Assembly (NCBI GenBank): GCA_963719085.1
Contig: CAVRAL010000004.1
Location: forward strand, 1-64,000
DNA: 64,000 nucleotides
Direction of reading: 5' to 3'
Source of the DNA: a candidate division FCPU426 bacterium
Lineage (GTDB): Bacteria; Oederibacteriota; Muellerivitia; Muellerivitales; Muellerivitaceae
Within the stretch, counting starts at the first letter, position 1, and each line of letters opens with the position of its first letter. Positions 19,999-30,130 of the stretch are shown one piece after another. The notes below the pieces were generated by a model that saw only the letters and a list, made by a program, of their open reading frames with translations, was not told the DNA's origin and searched no databases. Position numbers and translations under genes: made by a program.

Positions 19999-20005
19999 TG
20001 AAATT

Positions 20006-20074
20006 ACCTCCCTTTGGATTCCCGTCCTTGGAGGAGCGGGATAGTTCTCCCGGTCTTACTTGGGAGAACAGGGC
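20006..20074 (-). promoter_or_regulatory. Putative S6:S18-binding ribosomal leader RNA
   Basis: CCCT...[two hairpins]...CCAAAGGGAGG: a basal stem pairs with the SD region, with an unpaired CC-purine next to it. Confidence 0.6.
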
Positions 20075-20115
20075 TTTGAAGAAATCCGGATGGGACGTCT
20101 TTAAAGCAGGGGTGG

Positions 20116-20145
20116 AGTATAGGGCGGGGCGGCTTTTAAATTCAA
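20116..20145 (-). promoter_or_regulatory. Sigma70 promoter of the rpsF operon
   Basis: TTGAAT-18bp-TATACT. Confidence 0.6.
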
Positions 20146-20166
20146 GGCTAAAAAAGACACAAACAT

Positions 20167-20256
20167 TTGAGCAATGATGGACGCAGATACACACAGATCA
20201 AAAACCCTTATTTCATCTTTGTTTATCGGCATCCATCAGCGTTTATCAATGCTCAA
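20167..20256. repeat. Imperfect palindromic intergenic element with 10-bp periodic arms
   Basis: TTGAGCAATGATGGACGCAGATACACACAGAT ... ATCGGCATCCATCAGCGTTTATCAATGCTCAA. Confidence 0.6.
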
Positions 20257-20279
20257 TAGGTGCTAAGTAGGTGCTAAGT

Positions 20280-21947
20280 CTATTTCTTTCCGCGCTCAAG
20301 ACGAAGGGTTTCGGGCACCGCGTCGGCGACCGCTGTCGGGCCCCAAAACTGGATGGGGCCGGGGCTGGTGTAATCATCTCCCAGTGCCCATTGACGGCGC
20401 TTGGCGGCGAAAGCCTTGAAGGGCTTGCCTTTTAAATCAACCAAAGCCTTTTGAATGACGGGCTTGTTTTTACCGTGGCGGCGTTCCAAATTCATCATCA
20501 TGGTCAAGGGCACGCCCCCGGCTTTCCACTGCGAGGCGGGCTTCAACAGATCGCGCACGCTGGAAAGATATCCCGTGAGTCCCGCGGCCAATAGATAGGA
20601 GGCCGTAAACCCCAGCGAGTAGCAGTAATCCGCGTCAAAGTTGGAAGGGTCCGCGCAGCGTCCTTCATAGCCAAAATAATGGGCCTGGCCCGAGAACTTG
20701 CCGTGGTACTTGCCTTCCCTTTTCCAATGCTTTAATTGATGCTCCACCGCCTCAATCAAAAGTTTTTCCGTCTCGATTTTAGCGACTTGAACGTTGCCAT
20801 GGGGATCCCGGTCCGCCAAAAGCTGGATCTGGATGGAATGGGGCAAAGATTTAAAGGCGGCCTTGGATTCCTCGCCCAAATTGTCTTTGACGAAGGCGAT
20901 TTTATGATCCGCGCTTTGCATATGCTCAAATTCCGGATGATGGGCCAATAAATCATTCAACTCATCGATCAGTTTTTTAATCTCCGGGATAAACTCCAGC
21001 AGCCCTTCTGGAATTAAGAGGACTCCGTAATTTTTTTTATTGGCCGCGCGGTCCGCCACGACCTTGGCCACCTGCTCGGTGATTTGGGCCAGCGTCCATT
21101 GCTCGGCGGCCACCTCTTCCGAGATCAGGCATAGATTGGGCCGGGCCTTCAAGGCCACTTCCAGCGCGATATGGCTGGCGGAGCGCCCCATGACCTTGAT
21201 GAAGTGCCAATATTTTTTGGCCGAAAGGCAGTCCCGGCCCACGTTGCCGGCCAGTTCCGCGTAAACCTTGGTGGCGGTGTCAAAACCAAAACTCACCTCA
21301 ATTTGTTCGTTTTTCAAATCGCCGTCGATGGTCTTGGGACATCCCACGACTTGGATCGGAATATGGTGCGCCTTGAAGTACTCGCCTAACACCGCCGCGT
21401 TGGTGTTGGAATCATCCCCGCCCACCACCACCAAAGCCGTAATGCCCGCTGAGACGAGGTTTTTGTGAACTGTCTCAAACTGGTCGTGGGTTTCCAGTTT
21501 GGTTCGGCCCGAGCCGATAATGTCAAACCCGCCGGTGTTGCGGTAGGCCAAGAGGAGCTTTTCCGTAATTTCGATCTTTTTATTCTCTACCAATCCGGAG
21601 GGCCCGCCCAGATAACCCGTGAGTGTGTTTTTTTTGTTCAGCTTTTTAAGTCCGTCAAATAGTCCCGCCACCACGTTATGACCGCCTGGCGCCTGCCCTC
21701 CGGAAAGCACCACCGCCACTTTCAAGGGCTTTTTCATAGAGGAAGAGCCCTTGCCCGCGACAAAGGAAATTTCGGACTGGCCATAGGTTTGAAGAAAAAG
21801 TTTTTGGATGGCTTGTGGGTCGGAGATGGACCGGGTGGGTTTGCCCAGCTTGACCGCCACCTTCGCCAAATTCCCCGCCAAAACCTGCGGAAGCTTGGGT
21901 TTATAGGAAGCGCGGGCGGATTGCAGGGGCGAAACGTTGGATTTCAT
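20280..21947 (-). CDS. pfp: PPi-dependent phosphofructokinase (long clade)
   Basis: SGGQAPGGHN, GGDDSNT, PKTIDGD, MGR, GYEGR. Confidence 0.95.
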   Translation of the reverse strand: MKSNVSPLQSARASYKPKLPQVLAGNLAKVAVKLGKPTRSISDPQAIQKLFLQTYGQSEISFVAGKGSSSMKKPLKVAVVLSGGQAPGGHNVVAGLFDGLKKLNKKNTLTGYLGGPSGLVENKKIEITEKLLLAYRNTGGFDIIGSGRTKLETHDQFETVHKNLVSAGITALVVVGGDDSNTNAAVLGEYFKAHHIPIQVVGCPKTIDGDLKNEQIEVSFGFDTATKVYAELAGNVGRDCLSAKKYWHFIKVMGRSASHIALEVALKARPNLCLISEEVAAEQWTLAQITEQVAKVVADRAANKKNYGVLLIPEGLLEFIPEIKKLIDELNDLLAHHPEFEHMQSADHKIAFVKDNLGEESKAAFKSLPHSIQIQLLADRDPHGNVQVAKIETEKLLIEAVEHQLKHWKREGKYHGKFSGQAHYFGYEGRCADPSNFDADYCYSLGFTASYLLAAGLTGYLSSVRDLLKPASQWKAGGVPLTMMMNLERRHGKNKPVIQKALVDLKGKPFKAFAAKRRQWALGDDYTSPGPIQFWGPTAVADAVPETLRLERGKK

Positions 21948-21979
21948 CTAGTCCTCCGGATTTGGGTTTAGCGGGCGGT

Positions 21980-22009
21980 ATTATAGAGTGGGCTTAGCGG
22001 GATTGGCAA
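21980..22009 (-). promoter_or_regulatory. Sigma70 promoter of pfp
   Basis: TTGCCA-18bp-TATAAT. Confidence 0.55.
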
Positions 22010-22039
22010 AATGTTAAAGGGGCAATAAATAAAACCGGC

Positions 22040-22966
22040 TCAATATTTCAATAATTGATTAAAAGACTTAATTCCCGCCGTGGCGCCCAAGGCCGTGACA
22101 GCCGCTGCACCGGCGGCATTGCCAAGCTTGAGACATTCTTTAAAATCCAGGCCCAGGGATAATCCTTTAATGAAGCCGGCACAAAAAGCGTCGCCCGCGC
22201 CGGTAGTATCCACGACCTTCGCCTTAAACGCGGGAACCCGGATCTGCGTCCCCGATTGGCTCAATAGATAAGAGCCTTTTTCCCCAAGCTTAATGACTAC
22301 GTTCTTGGCACCCATCTCTTGGAAAGTTCTCGCGGCTTTAGCCGGATTCGTATAGCCCAACAGCATTTTGACTTCCCTTTCACTGGGCATGAAGTAATCC
22401 ATATAAGGAAGACAAGGCTTGAGCGTTTCGAGCCACTTCCCCTTCAAATCCCAAGCGGTATCGAGCGACGTGATCAATGCCCGTTTTTGAGCCGCCATTA
22501 AAACCCGGGCCATGCGGGGGCCATCCAGGGCCGGAAAAAGAAAATAACCGCCTACATGCAGATGCTCGAATTTCGAGAACGCCGAAAATCGGATATCGCT
22601 CAGGTTGATTTCATCATTGGCGGCCATGGAGTGAAGAAAAGACCGTTGGGCGTCCGAGTGAATTAGAACGATCGTGGCCGACGTGGAAACCTTGGAATCC
22701 AGTGCGATTCCGGAAGCATCCACTTTTTCCCGTTTCAATTGCCGTAAGGCGTATTCACCAAAGTCATCCCGGCCCAATTTTCCCCATAGCGCCGTTTTCA
22801 CACCCAAGCGGCTTAAAGCGATGGCCGTATTCGAGGCGCAACCGCCCATGGCCAGCTCAATATGGTCCACCGGCAAAAGTCCTCCTTGGGGGGGAAGCTT
22901 ATCCACGGGCTTGGCCAAAACATCCACCAAGACATTCCCAAGACAAATGACTTTATAAGATTTCAA
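22040..22966 (-). CDS. PfkB family carbohydrate kinase
   Basis: GGCASNTA, DTTGAGDAF; TTG start at 22966 after an AAGGA SD (the longer ORF runs into a repeat). Confidence 0.9.
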   Translation of the reverse strand: MKSYKVICLGNVLVDVLAKPVDKLPPQGGLLPVDHIELAMGGCASNTAIALSRLGVKTALWGKLGRDDFGEYALRQLKREKVDASGIALDSKVSTSATIVLIHSDAQRSFLHSMAANDEINLSDIRFSAFSKFEHLHVGGYFLFPALDGPRMARVLMAAQKRALITSLDTAWDLKGKWLETLKPCLPYMDYFMPSEREVKMLLGYTNPAKAARTFQEMGAKNVVIKLGEKGSYLLSQSGTQIRVPAFKAKVVDTTGAGDAFCAGFIKGLSLGLDFKECLKLGNAAGAAAVTALGATAGIKSFNQLLKY

Positions 22967-22988
22967 GCGTAAGTCCTTAGGATTTTTC

Positions 22989-23102
22989 ACCGCCAAGACG
23001 CCAAGTTCGCCAAGAAAACCAAAGCCCAATCATTTCAAAATTCTATTTTTAAAAAGAGACAAATTCTCAAGCCTTACTTGGCGGGCTTGGCGTCTTGGCG
23101 GT
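22989..23102. repeat. CCAAG-type palindromic intergenic repeat, copy 1
   Basis: ACCGCCAAGACGCCAAGTTCGCCAAG...CTTGGCGGGCTTGGCGTCTTGGCGGT around an AT-rich spacer. Confidence 0.85.
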
Positions 23103-23115
23103 TAACTTAGGTTTT

Positions 23116-23919
23116 TTAAAACCCCAGCTTTTGACCGATGGCGTTTTGAATATCGCCCTGCCCCGGAACCACTTGTGGCACCGCCTGCAGGGCGCGGTTT
23201 TTCATATCGTCCATCAATTCTTGCTTTTTCTGTTCCAACAATCCGGCCACATCATCGAATTGTTGAAAACTTTGAATCTGACCCTTGGTCAGTTCACTGA
23301 CCGAAGGCGCCCCTGTATTTTCCACCACCGCGCCATAACCCCGGTCGATGGTTTCGGTGCGGCCGCTGGATTGGGCAAAAATGGACCCTTCATACGTGGC
23401 CGCGGATACTTGATTGTTGGCCTGATCGTAATCCACGCCAAAAACCGTTCCCCGGACTCCCGCCACCACACCACCCGCCTCTACCTCAAAACACGAGGAG
23501 GCGGTCGTGAGCTTCGTGACTTTGGCCTTGAATTTTCCCACGGCCAAAAGAAACCGGGCCTTGAAATCTTTCGGGGTGATCTCCAGCTGTTTCACCTGCA
23601 CCCGGCTGTTTGGACCCACTTCCACCACGCCGCCGTTTTGAAATTCCAAGTAAGCCTTATCCTGGGAATCGGTCTGGATCCAATCTCCCTCGGCCAGCGC
23701 TTCGGGCGGGTTGGCCTCGTGCTGTTTGCCTTCGTGAATCACGGTGGCTTTATCTTTGACTTGAGCCACGAAAAGCTGGGCCGGTTGTTGGTCCGAGACG
23801 TCGTCATCCGCCCTCGCGACCCGGGACACGGCGGCCATGAAAAGAACAACGCCCAAAACCAAAAACAATCCCAACAAAGTAATAGGTTTCACAAAACCCC
23901 CGATCAGGATGCCGATCAT
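23116..23919 (-). CDS. Exported FecR-domain protein
   Basis: Signal peptide, 'LAEGDWIQT', 'VEVGPNS', 'VAGVRGTVF'; start uncertain. Confidence 0.8.
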   Translation of the reverse strand: MIGILIGGFVKPITLLGLFLVLGVVLFMAAVSRVARADDDVSDQQPAQLFVAQVKDKATVIHEGKQHEANPPEALAEGDWIQTDSQDKAYLEFQNGGVVEVGPNSRVQVKQLEITPKDFKARFLLAVGKFKAKVTKLTTASSCFEVEAGGVVAGVRGTVFGVDYDQANNQVSAATYEGSIFAQSSGRTETIDRGYGAVVENTGAPSVSELTKGQIQSFQQFDDVAGLLEQKKQELMDDMKNRALQAVPQVVPGQGDIQNAIGQKLGF

Positions 23920-24059
23920 GATGAAGACGCTTTATTTTAACCAGGAAGGTAAAAGCATGGGTTTGATTCTTTACCTTCCTTCCAAAGCCGCTGGCTTTTT
24001 GAACGCCGCCGCGCTTAAATAAACCCCGCCTTATTCTCTCCTTACTAGGAAGGACTTCC

Positions 24060-24413
24060 ATGCTCAAGTTTTACCAATATCCCAAATGCTCCACCTGCCG
24101 AAACGCGCAGAAATGGCTGGAAAAAAGCGGACAAAAACTCGACTCGGTAGATATCACCCTTAATCCGCCCTCTAAAACTGATCTCAAAAAATACTTGGCC
24201 TTAAGCGATAAAAAGATTACCGATTTACTGAATAAGAGCGGCGAGCAATACCGCCTATTGAATATGAAAGAAAAGGTTAAAAATCTGACCGAAGACCAGC
24301 TATTGGAAATGCTTTCGAAAAACGGGCGGTTAATTAAACGTCCTTTGACCATCGGCCCGGCGAAAGCCACGATTGGTTTTAAAGAAGAAGAGTTTAAAGC
24401 CATTTGGAAATAG
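24060..24413 (+). CDS. Spx/MgsR/ArsC family protein
   Basis: YPKCSTCRNA, LIKRP. Confidence 0.88.
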   Translation: MLKFYQYPKCSTCRNAQKWLEKSGQKLDSVDITLNPPSKTDLKKYLALSDKKITDLLNKSGEQYRLLNMKEKVKNLTEDQLLEMLSKNGRLIKRPLTIGPAKATIGFKEEEFKAIWK

Positions 24414-24530
24414 GCTTTTGCCGGACTTTGTTTTGCTTGCCAATTTCGGCTTTATTCGCTATTACTAGGGCCTCGTTTTGGCCTGTTTTCAGGCAAAAAC
24501 AAACCCTGGGCCGCAAAGAAGGATCGAAAA

Positions 24531-25598
24531 ATGAATATCGCTGAAATCGAGAAATACTTAGGCAACGACGCCAAGGACCTGCTGGGTTACCAGTGCAAAG
24601 GTATTTCCAAGGATTCCCTCCATCTTCCCGGCGGCGACTCCGTCGACCGCATCTTCGCCCAAACGGATCGGAACCAAAGGGTCCTGAATAATCTCCAATG
24701 GCTTTATTCCACCGGCCGCTTGGCCAACACCGGCTACGTCTCGATTTTGCCCGTCGACCAGGGAATCGAGCATAGCGCCGGGGCTTCCTTCGCCAAAAAC
24801 CCGATTTATTTCGACGCTGAAAACATCGTCAAGTTGGCGATTGAGGGAGGCTGCAACGCGGTGGCTTCCACGCTGGGAGTTTTGGGCATGACGTCCCGCA
24901 AGTACGCCCACAAGATTCCCTTCATCGTGAAGCTCAACCACAATGAGCTTTTGACCTACCCCAACAAAGCCACCGAATTTTACTTCGGCACGGCCAAGCA
25001 AGCCTATGAAATGGGCGCGGCGGGAATCGGCGCCACGGTTTATTTTGGGAGTGACACGGCCCAGAGGGAGATTGAGGAAACCACCAAGGCTTTCCGGGAA
25101 GCGCACGAGTTAGGCATGTTCACCGTCCTCTGGTGCTATATCCGCAATAAGGCCTTCAAAACGAAGGATAAGGACTTCCACTTGTCCGCCGACCTGACCG
25201 GCCAAGCCAATCACTTGGGCGTCACGATTGAGGCCGACATCATCAAGCAGAAATTGCCGGAGAATAACGGCGGCTTCCTTTTCTTGAATCAGGAATCCAA
25301 CTATGGCAAGTTCGACAAGCGCATGTACGAAACCTTGATCCCGGACCATCCGATTGAGTACACCCGCTGGCAGGTGGCCAATTGCTACATGGGCCGGGCG
25401 GGGCTGATCAATTCAGGAGGCGCTTCGGGCGACAACGATTTCGCCGAAGCCGTCAAGACCGCCATCATCAACAAGCGCGCCGGCGGCATGGGCCTCATCT
25501 CGGGCCGCAAAGCCTTCCAACGCCCGATGGCCGAAGGCGCCAAGCTGCTTCAAACCATCCAGGACGTGTATTTGTCCAAGGATGTGACGATCGCCTAA
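24531..25598 (+). CDS. fbaB: Class I fructose-bisphosphate aldolase
   Basis: [35 protein letters not shown]. Confidence 0.95.
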   Translation: MNIAEIEKYLGNDAKDLLGYQCKGISKDSLHLPGGDSVDRIFAQTDRNQRVLNNLQWLYSTGRLANTGYVSILPVDQGIEHSAGASFAKNPIYFDAENIVKLAIEGGCNAVASTLGVLGMTSRKYAHKIPFIVKLNHNELLTYPNKATEFYFGTAKQAYEMGAAGIGATVYFGSDTAQREIEETTKAFREAHELGMFTVLWCYIRNKAFKTKDKDFHLSADLTGQANHLGVTIEADIIKQKLPENNGGFLFLNQESNYGKFDKRMYETLIPDHPIEYTRWQVANCYMGRAGLINSGGASGDNDFAEAVKTAIINKRAGGMGLISGRKAFQRPMAEGAKLLQTIQDVYLSKDVTIA

Positions 25599-25621
25599 AG
25601 TTGTGAGTCAGATTGATCTTC

Positions 25622-25658
25622 AAAGCCGTCCCGCCCCAAAGGCGGGACGGCTTTTTTA
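25622..25658 (+). terminator. Intrinsic terminator after fbaB
   Basis: AAAGCCGTCCCGCC-CCAAA-GGCGGGACGGCTTTTTT. Confidence 0.9.
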
Positions 25659-25671
25659 TTGGCGGGTAACC

Positions 25672-26370
25672 TTATTTGAGCCCGGTGGTTCTTAAAATTC
25701 TTCCCGTGGCCGCGTCCACTAAACAAGACGATCCATCCTCAAAGCTAATGGTGAGATGGTTTTGGTCCAGCGCCAAAAATAAAATCCGGGTCCGTTCTTG
25801 GGGTCCCACCCGGGGCACGGGGATTCGTTTTTCCCAAAGCAGCCGGCCCGTCGGGATATCCATGGCGCGAACCGTCTGGTGGCCGTAAGTAATGGAAGAA
25901 TCCGCCTCAATCTGGTAAGTGCCCGCGAGAATGGGCTCCACCCGGTCGTCATTTCCGTAATAAACCGAAGGATCATCCGGCGCCTTTTTAAAATCCGCCG
26001 CCTCTAAAGAACTGCCGGTGCGCCTTTCCAAGACAAACCATTCATCCCGCTCGTTCTGCAAGATCAAGCGGTTTGGTTTTTCCAGGTACATCTTTTTCAA
26101 ATAAATATCCTGAACGTCCCGCTCCAACTTGGAATTGATCTGGAGGGTATAAAGGTACTTTTCCCAGCGTTTTTCGCCCGTGGTCTTGAGGTAGGCCACC
26201 ACGTGCCCGCCCTCATAGACATTATGTTTGATTTTCTGGAAATCGTTCCAAACCACGAAACGGTAGGCGCCGTCATCCACCGGCAAAAGGACCGGCGGGG
26301 GAACCCGCTTGGCCTGGGCCAGCAACGGAAAACAAAGAAAAAACGCGAGGATAGCCGTTATTTTGCGCAT
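25672..26370 (-). CDS. Exported hypothetical protein with two PQQ-repeat-like modules
   Basis: Signal peptide MRKITAIL...AQA; 'TGEKRWEK' and 'TGRLLWEK' repeats. Confidence 0.6.
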   Translation of the reverse strand: MRKITAILAFFLCFPLLAQAKRVPPPVLLPVDDGAYRFVVWNDFQKIKHNVYEGGHVVAYLKTTGEKRWEKYLYTLQINSKLERDVQDIYLKKMYLEKPNRLILQNERDEWFVLERRTGSSLEAADFKKAPDDPSVYYGNDDRVEPILAGTYQIEADSSITYGHQTVRAMDIPTGRLLWEKRIPVPRVGPQERTRILFLALDQNHLTISFEDGSSCLVDAATGRILRTTGLK

Positions 26371-26516
26371 AGCGCCGGGAGACTCCGAAATGAAAGGTTG
26401 GCCCATTCTAACGGCGAAAAGAATCGACTTCATTAAATTAAGAGCGAATGATGAAGCTTTTTGAAAAAAATTTGGGTCTTCACGATCAAATTGATTTTTT
26501 TCCAAGGGACTGAGGG

Positions 26517-29500
26517 TCAACGCAGCAAGATGACTTTGGCTTCCTTCGCCGAGAAGGGCTCCAGCAAATAAATGATATAGATCCCGCTGGCGGCTTTTTG
26601 TTTGTACATATTGGTGCCATCCCAGTCATACCAGGAATCCCAAACCGGGGCCCCCGCGCTGTTGGTGAGGGGCGTCAATTGGGTGATAAATTCCCCCGCC
26701 GAGTTGTAAATTTTAAGCGCCGGGATATTGTTGGCCGGGTTCACCGTACTGGTCTGGAAAACCACATGGATCGAAACAGGCTCACCGGGCGGACTGAAGG
26801 CGTTCTTGGAGATGTAAAAAAGATCCCCGCCATAAGGCGTGGGGGTCGGCACCGGAGTCATCGTGCTCGTCTGGGTGGGGGTCATCGTCGGCGTGGGCAA
26901 AGCGATGGTGACAACGGCCCCGGTCGCCGGCGCGCCGGTCACCACCACGGGCAGGTTGGACCCGCCGGTGACTCCCGACACCGAAGCGTTCGTGGAAACG
27001 CCGGTTTGATAAGTTCCCGCCTGGGCATTGGCCCCAAATTGGTCGGCCACTAAAAGATTAAGCGATGCCCCCGCCGGCAAGGCCTGGGACAGGGTAAAAA
27101 TTAAAACGCCGTTCACATAAGTACCGGTCCCCACCAGAATGGTCCCCTGCCCCACCACCCCATTCCCCGAAGGGTCTAAATAAAGATTAACTTGGGAAAT
27201 CCCCGAATTGGAATTTCCCGAACCCGAAGCCGAGAGCGTGAGACTCGTCAGGGTGGCCGTTGAGGAACCCGAATTGGTGACCCGCAGTTGCAGCACGGGC
27301 ACGTTGGAGGCGCCCGGCAATTGGTTGGAATTCCCCGGATTGGCGCCGCCGAGTGAAATTTGAATCGTGTCCGGCACCGCGGTGGCGGTCAAGGTCGGCG
27401 TCGCCGAAGCAGTCGAGGTAAATACCAAAGTCGGGCTGAGCGTTGGGGTAAAAGTGAACGTCGGCGTGACCGAAGCGGTGGCGGTCGGGGTTAAGGTCAC
27501 CGTCGACGTAAAGATTGACGTCAGGGTCATCGTGGGGGTAAAGGTTGGAGTACTAGTCGCCAAAGGCGTCACGGTCAAGGTTGCCGTCGCCGTGGGCGAA
27601 GCCGTTGGCGTCAAAGTCGGAGTCATGGTCGCCGTATCCACAGGGGGCTGGGTCCCCGTGAAGGTAACGGTGGGCGAAAAGGTATCCGTGGGGGTGGGGG
27701 TGATCGTCACGGTCCAGGTTGGCGTCGGGGTAAAAGTCGCGCTGGGGGTTAGGGTCAAAGTCGCGGTCGGGGTCGGCGTCGGCGTGAAAACCAAGGTGTG
27801 GGTGAAAGTCGGGGTAAAGCTGGGGCTCGGCGTTAAAGTCACGGTGGGCGTTAAGGTAAAAGTGGAAGTCGGGGGCTGGGTTCCAGTCACCGTGAGGGTA
27901 ACGGTCGGGGTCCAGGAAGGCGTGGGGGTAATAGTGGCGGTAGGCGTAAAGGTTCGGGTGGCGGTGATTGTAGGGGTGAATGACGGCGTAAAGGTCTTTG
28001 TGAGGGTGAAGGTAAAAGTTGGGCTCGTGGCAGGAGTCTGGGTAAAGGTTTGAGTCGGGCTGAACGTCGGCGTCCGGGTCAAGGTCGGGGTGAAAGTGAG
28101 GGTGGGGGTGGGCGTCGAGGTTTTGGTGGCCGTTGAGCTGGGAGTATTCGTGGGCGTATAGGTCGCGCTATTCGTGGGACTGGTCGTGGGGGTAAAGGTA
28201 AAGGTCGGCGAAGGCGTCAGCGTAAATGTTTTTGTCGGGGTGATCGTCGCGGTGGGGGTAAAGGTCAGGGTCGCGGTGGGTGTGGCGGTACGGGTTCGGG
28301 TCGGCGTAAAGGTGGGAGTCATGGCTTGAGTCGGCGTAAAAGTGGCGGTGGCGCAAACCACCGTAATGGCGACGGAGTTGCTGGTGACCGGTCCGCCCGA
28401 CGCCCATTTGGCCACGCCCACATCGGTTACGACCTGGCAAAAGTCTCCTGGAAAGCTGGGACTATAAGCGCCCACATTGAAATTGATGGGCACGCAACCG
28501 CCTCCCGGCAAACCGGTCACAACCCAAGAAAGATTGGGATAGGTCGTGCTGGTGGGATTGATCGTCACCGGAACGCCGCTGACCGTGGTGGTCCATTGAC
28601 TGTAATTAGGGCCCTGAAAACTCCAACCGAGGGGATTGGTAATGTTATCCGTCACTGTGATACCGGAGCTGCCTGGGCCGGCGCCCGCGGCGTTGCAAAC
28701 CATGATGGTCATGGGGATGCCACCGCTGTCCGAATAATTCGACGTGGGGCCGCCGGTTGTTTTGGTCAGGCTCGGGTTAGGCGGGATCGGGGTGGCCGTG
28801 CTGGTCGGGCAAAAAATCGTGGCCGCCACGGTGTTGGAAGTGGCCGTCACGGAAGCGCTTCCGTTGTTATAAGGAAAAGAAGCCGTATTGTTGGCCACAT
28901 GACAATAATTGGAAGTCTGAACTGAGTTATCCACCAACTCAAATGTCACCGGCATGCAGGTATTGTAAGGCAATCCATTGGCGAAAATAATGTTCAAAGG
29001 ATTTCCGCCCGCGATGTTAATGCCGGAAGCCGCCTCAATGGGATAAAGCGTGCCGTCGTAATAGGAGCTTAAATTCGAATCATAAGGGTCCACCACCGTC
29101 ACAGGCCCCAAAAGACCCTTTCCCGTATTGCAGACATTCAAGGTATAGGTCACGGGCACGCCCGTGGTGATCATCGGAGGCCCGCCCAAAGCCGCCTTGG
29201 CGAGCGTGACATGGGGGGTGGGCAATGGCGTGGGCACAATCAAAGAAAAGCCTTGCCGAAAAAACTCCTCGTAGTTGGTCGTCCCGGGAGCCGCGGCGTC
29301 CGGCTCGTAAGATAAAAAGGGCGGATAGGTGCCCGTGTAAAAATCGGTGACGGGCACATCACCCTGACTCGACATGATTGAGGCCGCCACCGAAGAAGGC
29401 GTCGTCCAACCCGAAGGCGTGAAGCCCGTACCGGTCCAACTGCCGCCCGAACCGGGCGGCGTGGTGGTACCGCTGCCGCCGTTTCCCCAAACCTGGATAT

Positions 29501-29885
29501 TGCCCGAGTCGGTGGAGACGTCGATGGTTTGGCCGCTGGAACAAGTGATTTGCATGGCCCAAGCCGCCAACATGACCGAAGCCTGGGTATTTTGATTGTC
29601 GATCGCCAGCGTGTTGTTGGTGCCGCCCGCGATGAGAGCGTTTAAAAGCGCCGTGCTGTTGTTGGAAACACAGGACACCGCGTTGGTGCCTTGCGCCAAT
29701 CCAAAAGAACCGATGGAAACACTGTCCACGTAAGCGACCCCAATGTCGTCGGCGTTTAAACAAACCGTCACATTAGTGGGATTACAAACCCCTTGAGCCT
29801 GGACGTCTTGCGTCCGAAACCCCAAAAGGAGTGAAATAAAAGACAGCGCGCAAATCGTTTTTAGTGAAAATCTTAAACTGCCCAT
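26517..29885 (-). CDS. Large secreted Thr/Pro-repeat surface protein (DUF11-like Ig domains, FlgD-Ig/T9SS-like C-terminal domain)
   Basis: Signal peptide, Cys-bridged beta domains, long TPT tract, C-terminal 'KIYNSAGE...WDGTN...ASGIYII'. Confidence 0.8.
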   Translation of the reverse strand: MGSLRFSLKTICALSFISLLLGFRTQDVQAQGVCNPTNVTVCLNADDIGVAYVDSVSIGSFGLAQGTNAVSCVSNNSTALLNALIAGGTNNTLAIDNQNTQASVMLAAWAMQITCSSGQTIDVSTDSGNIQVWGNGGSGTTTPPGSGGSWTGTGFTPSGWTTPSSVAASIMSSQGDVPVTDFYTGTYPPFLSYEPDAAAPGTTNYEEFFRQGFSLIVPTPLPTPHVTLAKAALGGPPMITTGVPVTYTLNVCNTGKGLLGPVTVVDPYDSNLSSYYDGTLYPIEAASGINIAGGNPLNIIFANGLPYNTCMPVTFELVDNSVQTSNYCHVANNTASFPYNNGSASVTATSNTVAATIFCPTSTATPIPPNPSLTKTTGGPTSNYSDSGGIPMTIMVCNAAGAGPGSSGITVTDNITNPLGWSFQGPNYSQWTTTVSGVPVTINPTSTTYPNLSWVVTGLPGGGCVPINFNVGAYSPSFPGDFCQVVTDVGVAKWASGGPVTSNSVAITVVCATATFTPTQAMTPTFTPTRTRTATPTATLTFTPTATITPTKTFTLTPSPTFTFTPTTSPTNSATYTPTNTPSSTATKTSTPTPTLTFTPTLTRTPTFSPTQTFTQTPATSPTFTFTLTKTFTPSFTPTITATRTFTPTATITPTPSWTPTVTLTVTGTQPPTSTFTLTPTVTLTPSPSFTPTFTHTLVFTPTPTPTATLTLTPSATFTPTPTWTVTITPTPTDTFSPTVTFTGTQPPVDTATMTPTLTPTASPTATATLTVTPLATSTPTFTPTMTLTSIFTSTVTLTPTATASVTPTFTFTPTLSPTLVFTSTASATPTLTATAVPDTIQISLGGANPGNSNQLPGASNVPVLQLRVTNSGSSTATLTSLTLSASGSGNSNSGISQVNLYLDPSGNGVVGQGTILVGTGTYVNGVLIFTLSQALPAGASLNLLVADQFGANAQAGTYQTGVSTNASVSGVTGGSNLPVVVTGAPATGAVVTIALPTPTMTPTQTSTMTPVPTPTPYGGDLFYISKNAFSPPGEPVSIHVVFQTSTVNPANNIPALKIYNSAGEFITQLTPLTNSAGAPVWDSWYDWDGTNMYKQKAASGIYIIYLLEPFSAKEAKVILLR
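27370..28350 (-). repeat. Coding low-complexity (T/S)PT(x)T mucin-like tract
   Basis: Dozens of TPTFT/TPTAT units in the translation. Confidence 0.9.
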
Positions 29886-30130
29886 TTCACTTCCAGCCCC
29901 GGAATGTTTTCCCGCTTTTAAACCCTTTCAGCCGCTGCTTTCAGGTTAAAAGATAGGAATGGGGGACTTGATTATTATATACCTTTTCGACTTTCACCAT
30001 ATTTTTATGGGGTTCGGGGACCCATTTCGAGCCCATTTAAATGACGGTAAACAAGCGTTTGAACCGCCGAGGCGCCCCGGTAGCCCATAAAGGGCAGTGG
30101 GAACGGCGAAAAGGTTTTGGCGGGAGGTTA

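Noticed and set aside
27367..28053. Val/Gly-repeat plus-strand ORFs (also 44376-44852)
   Set aside because: Reverse-complement translation of the Thr/Pro tracts.
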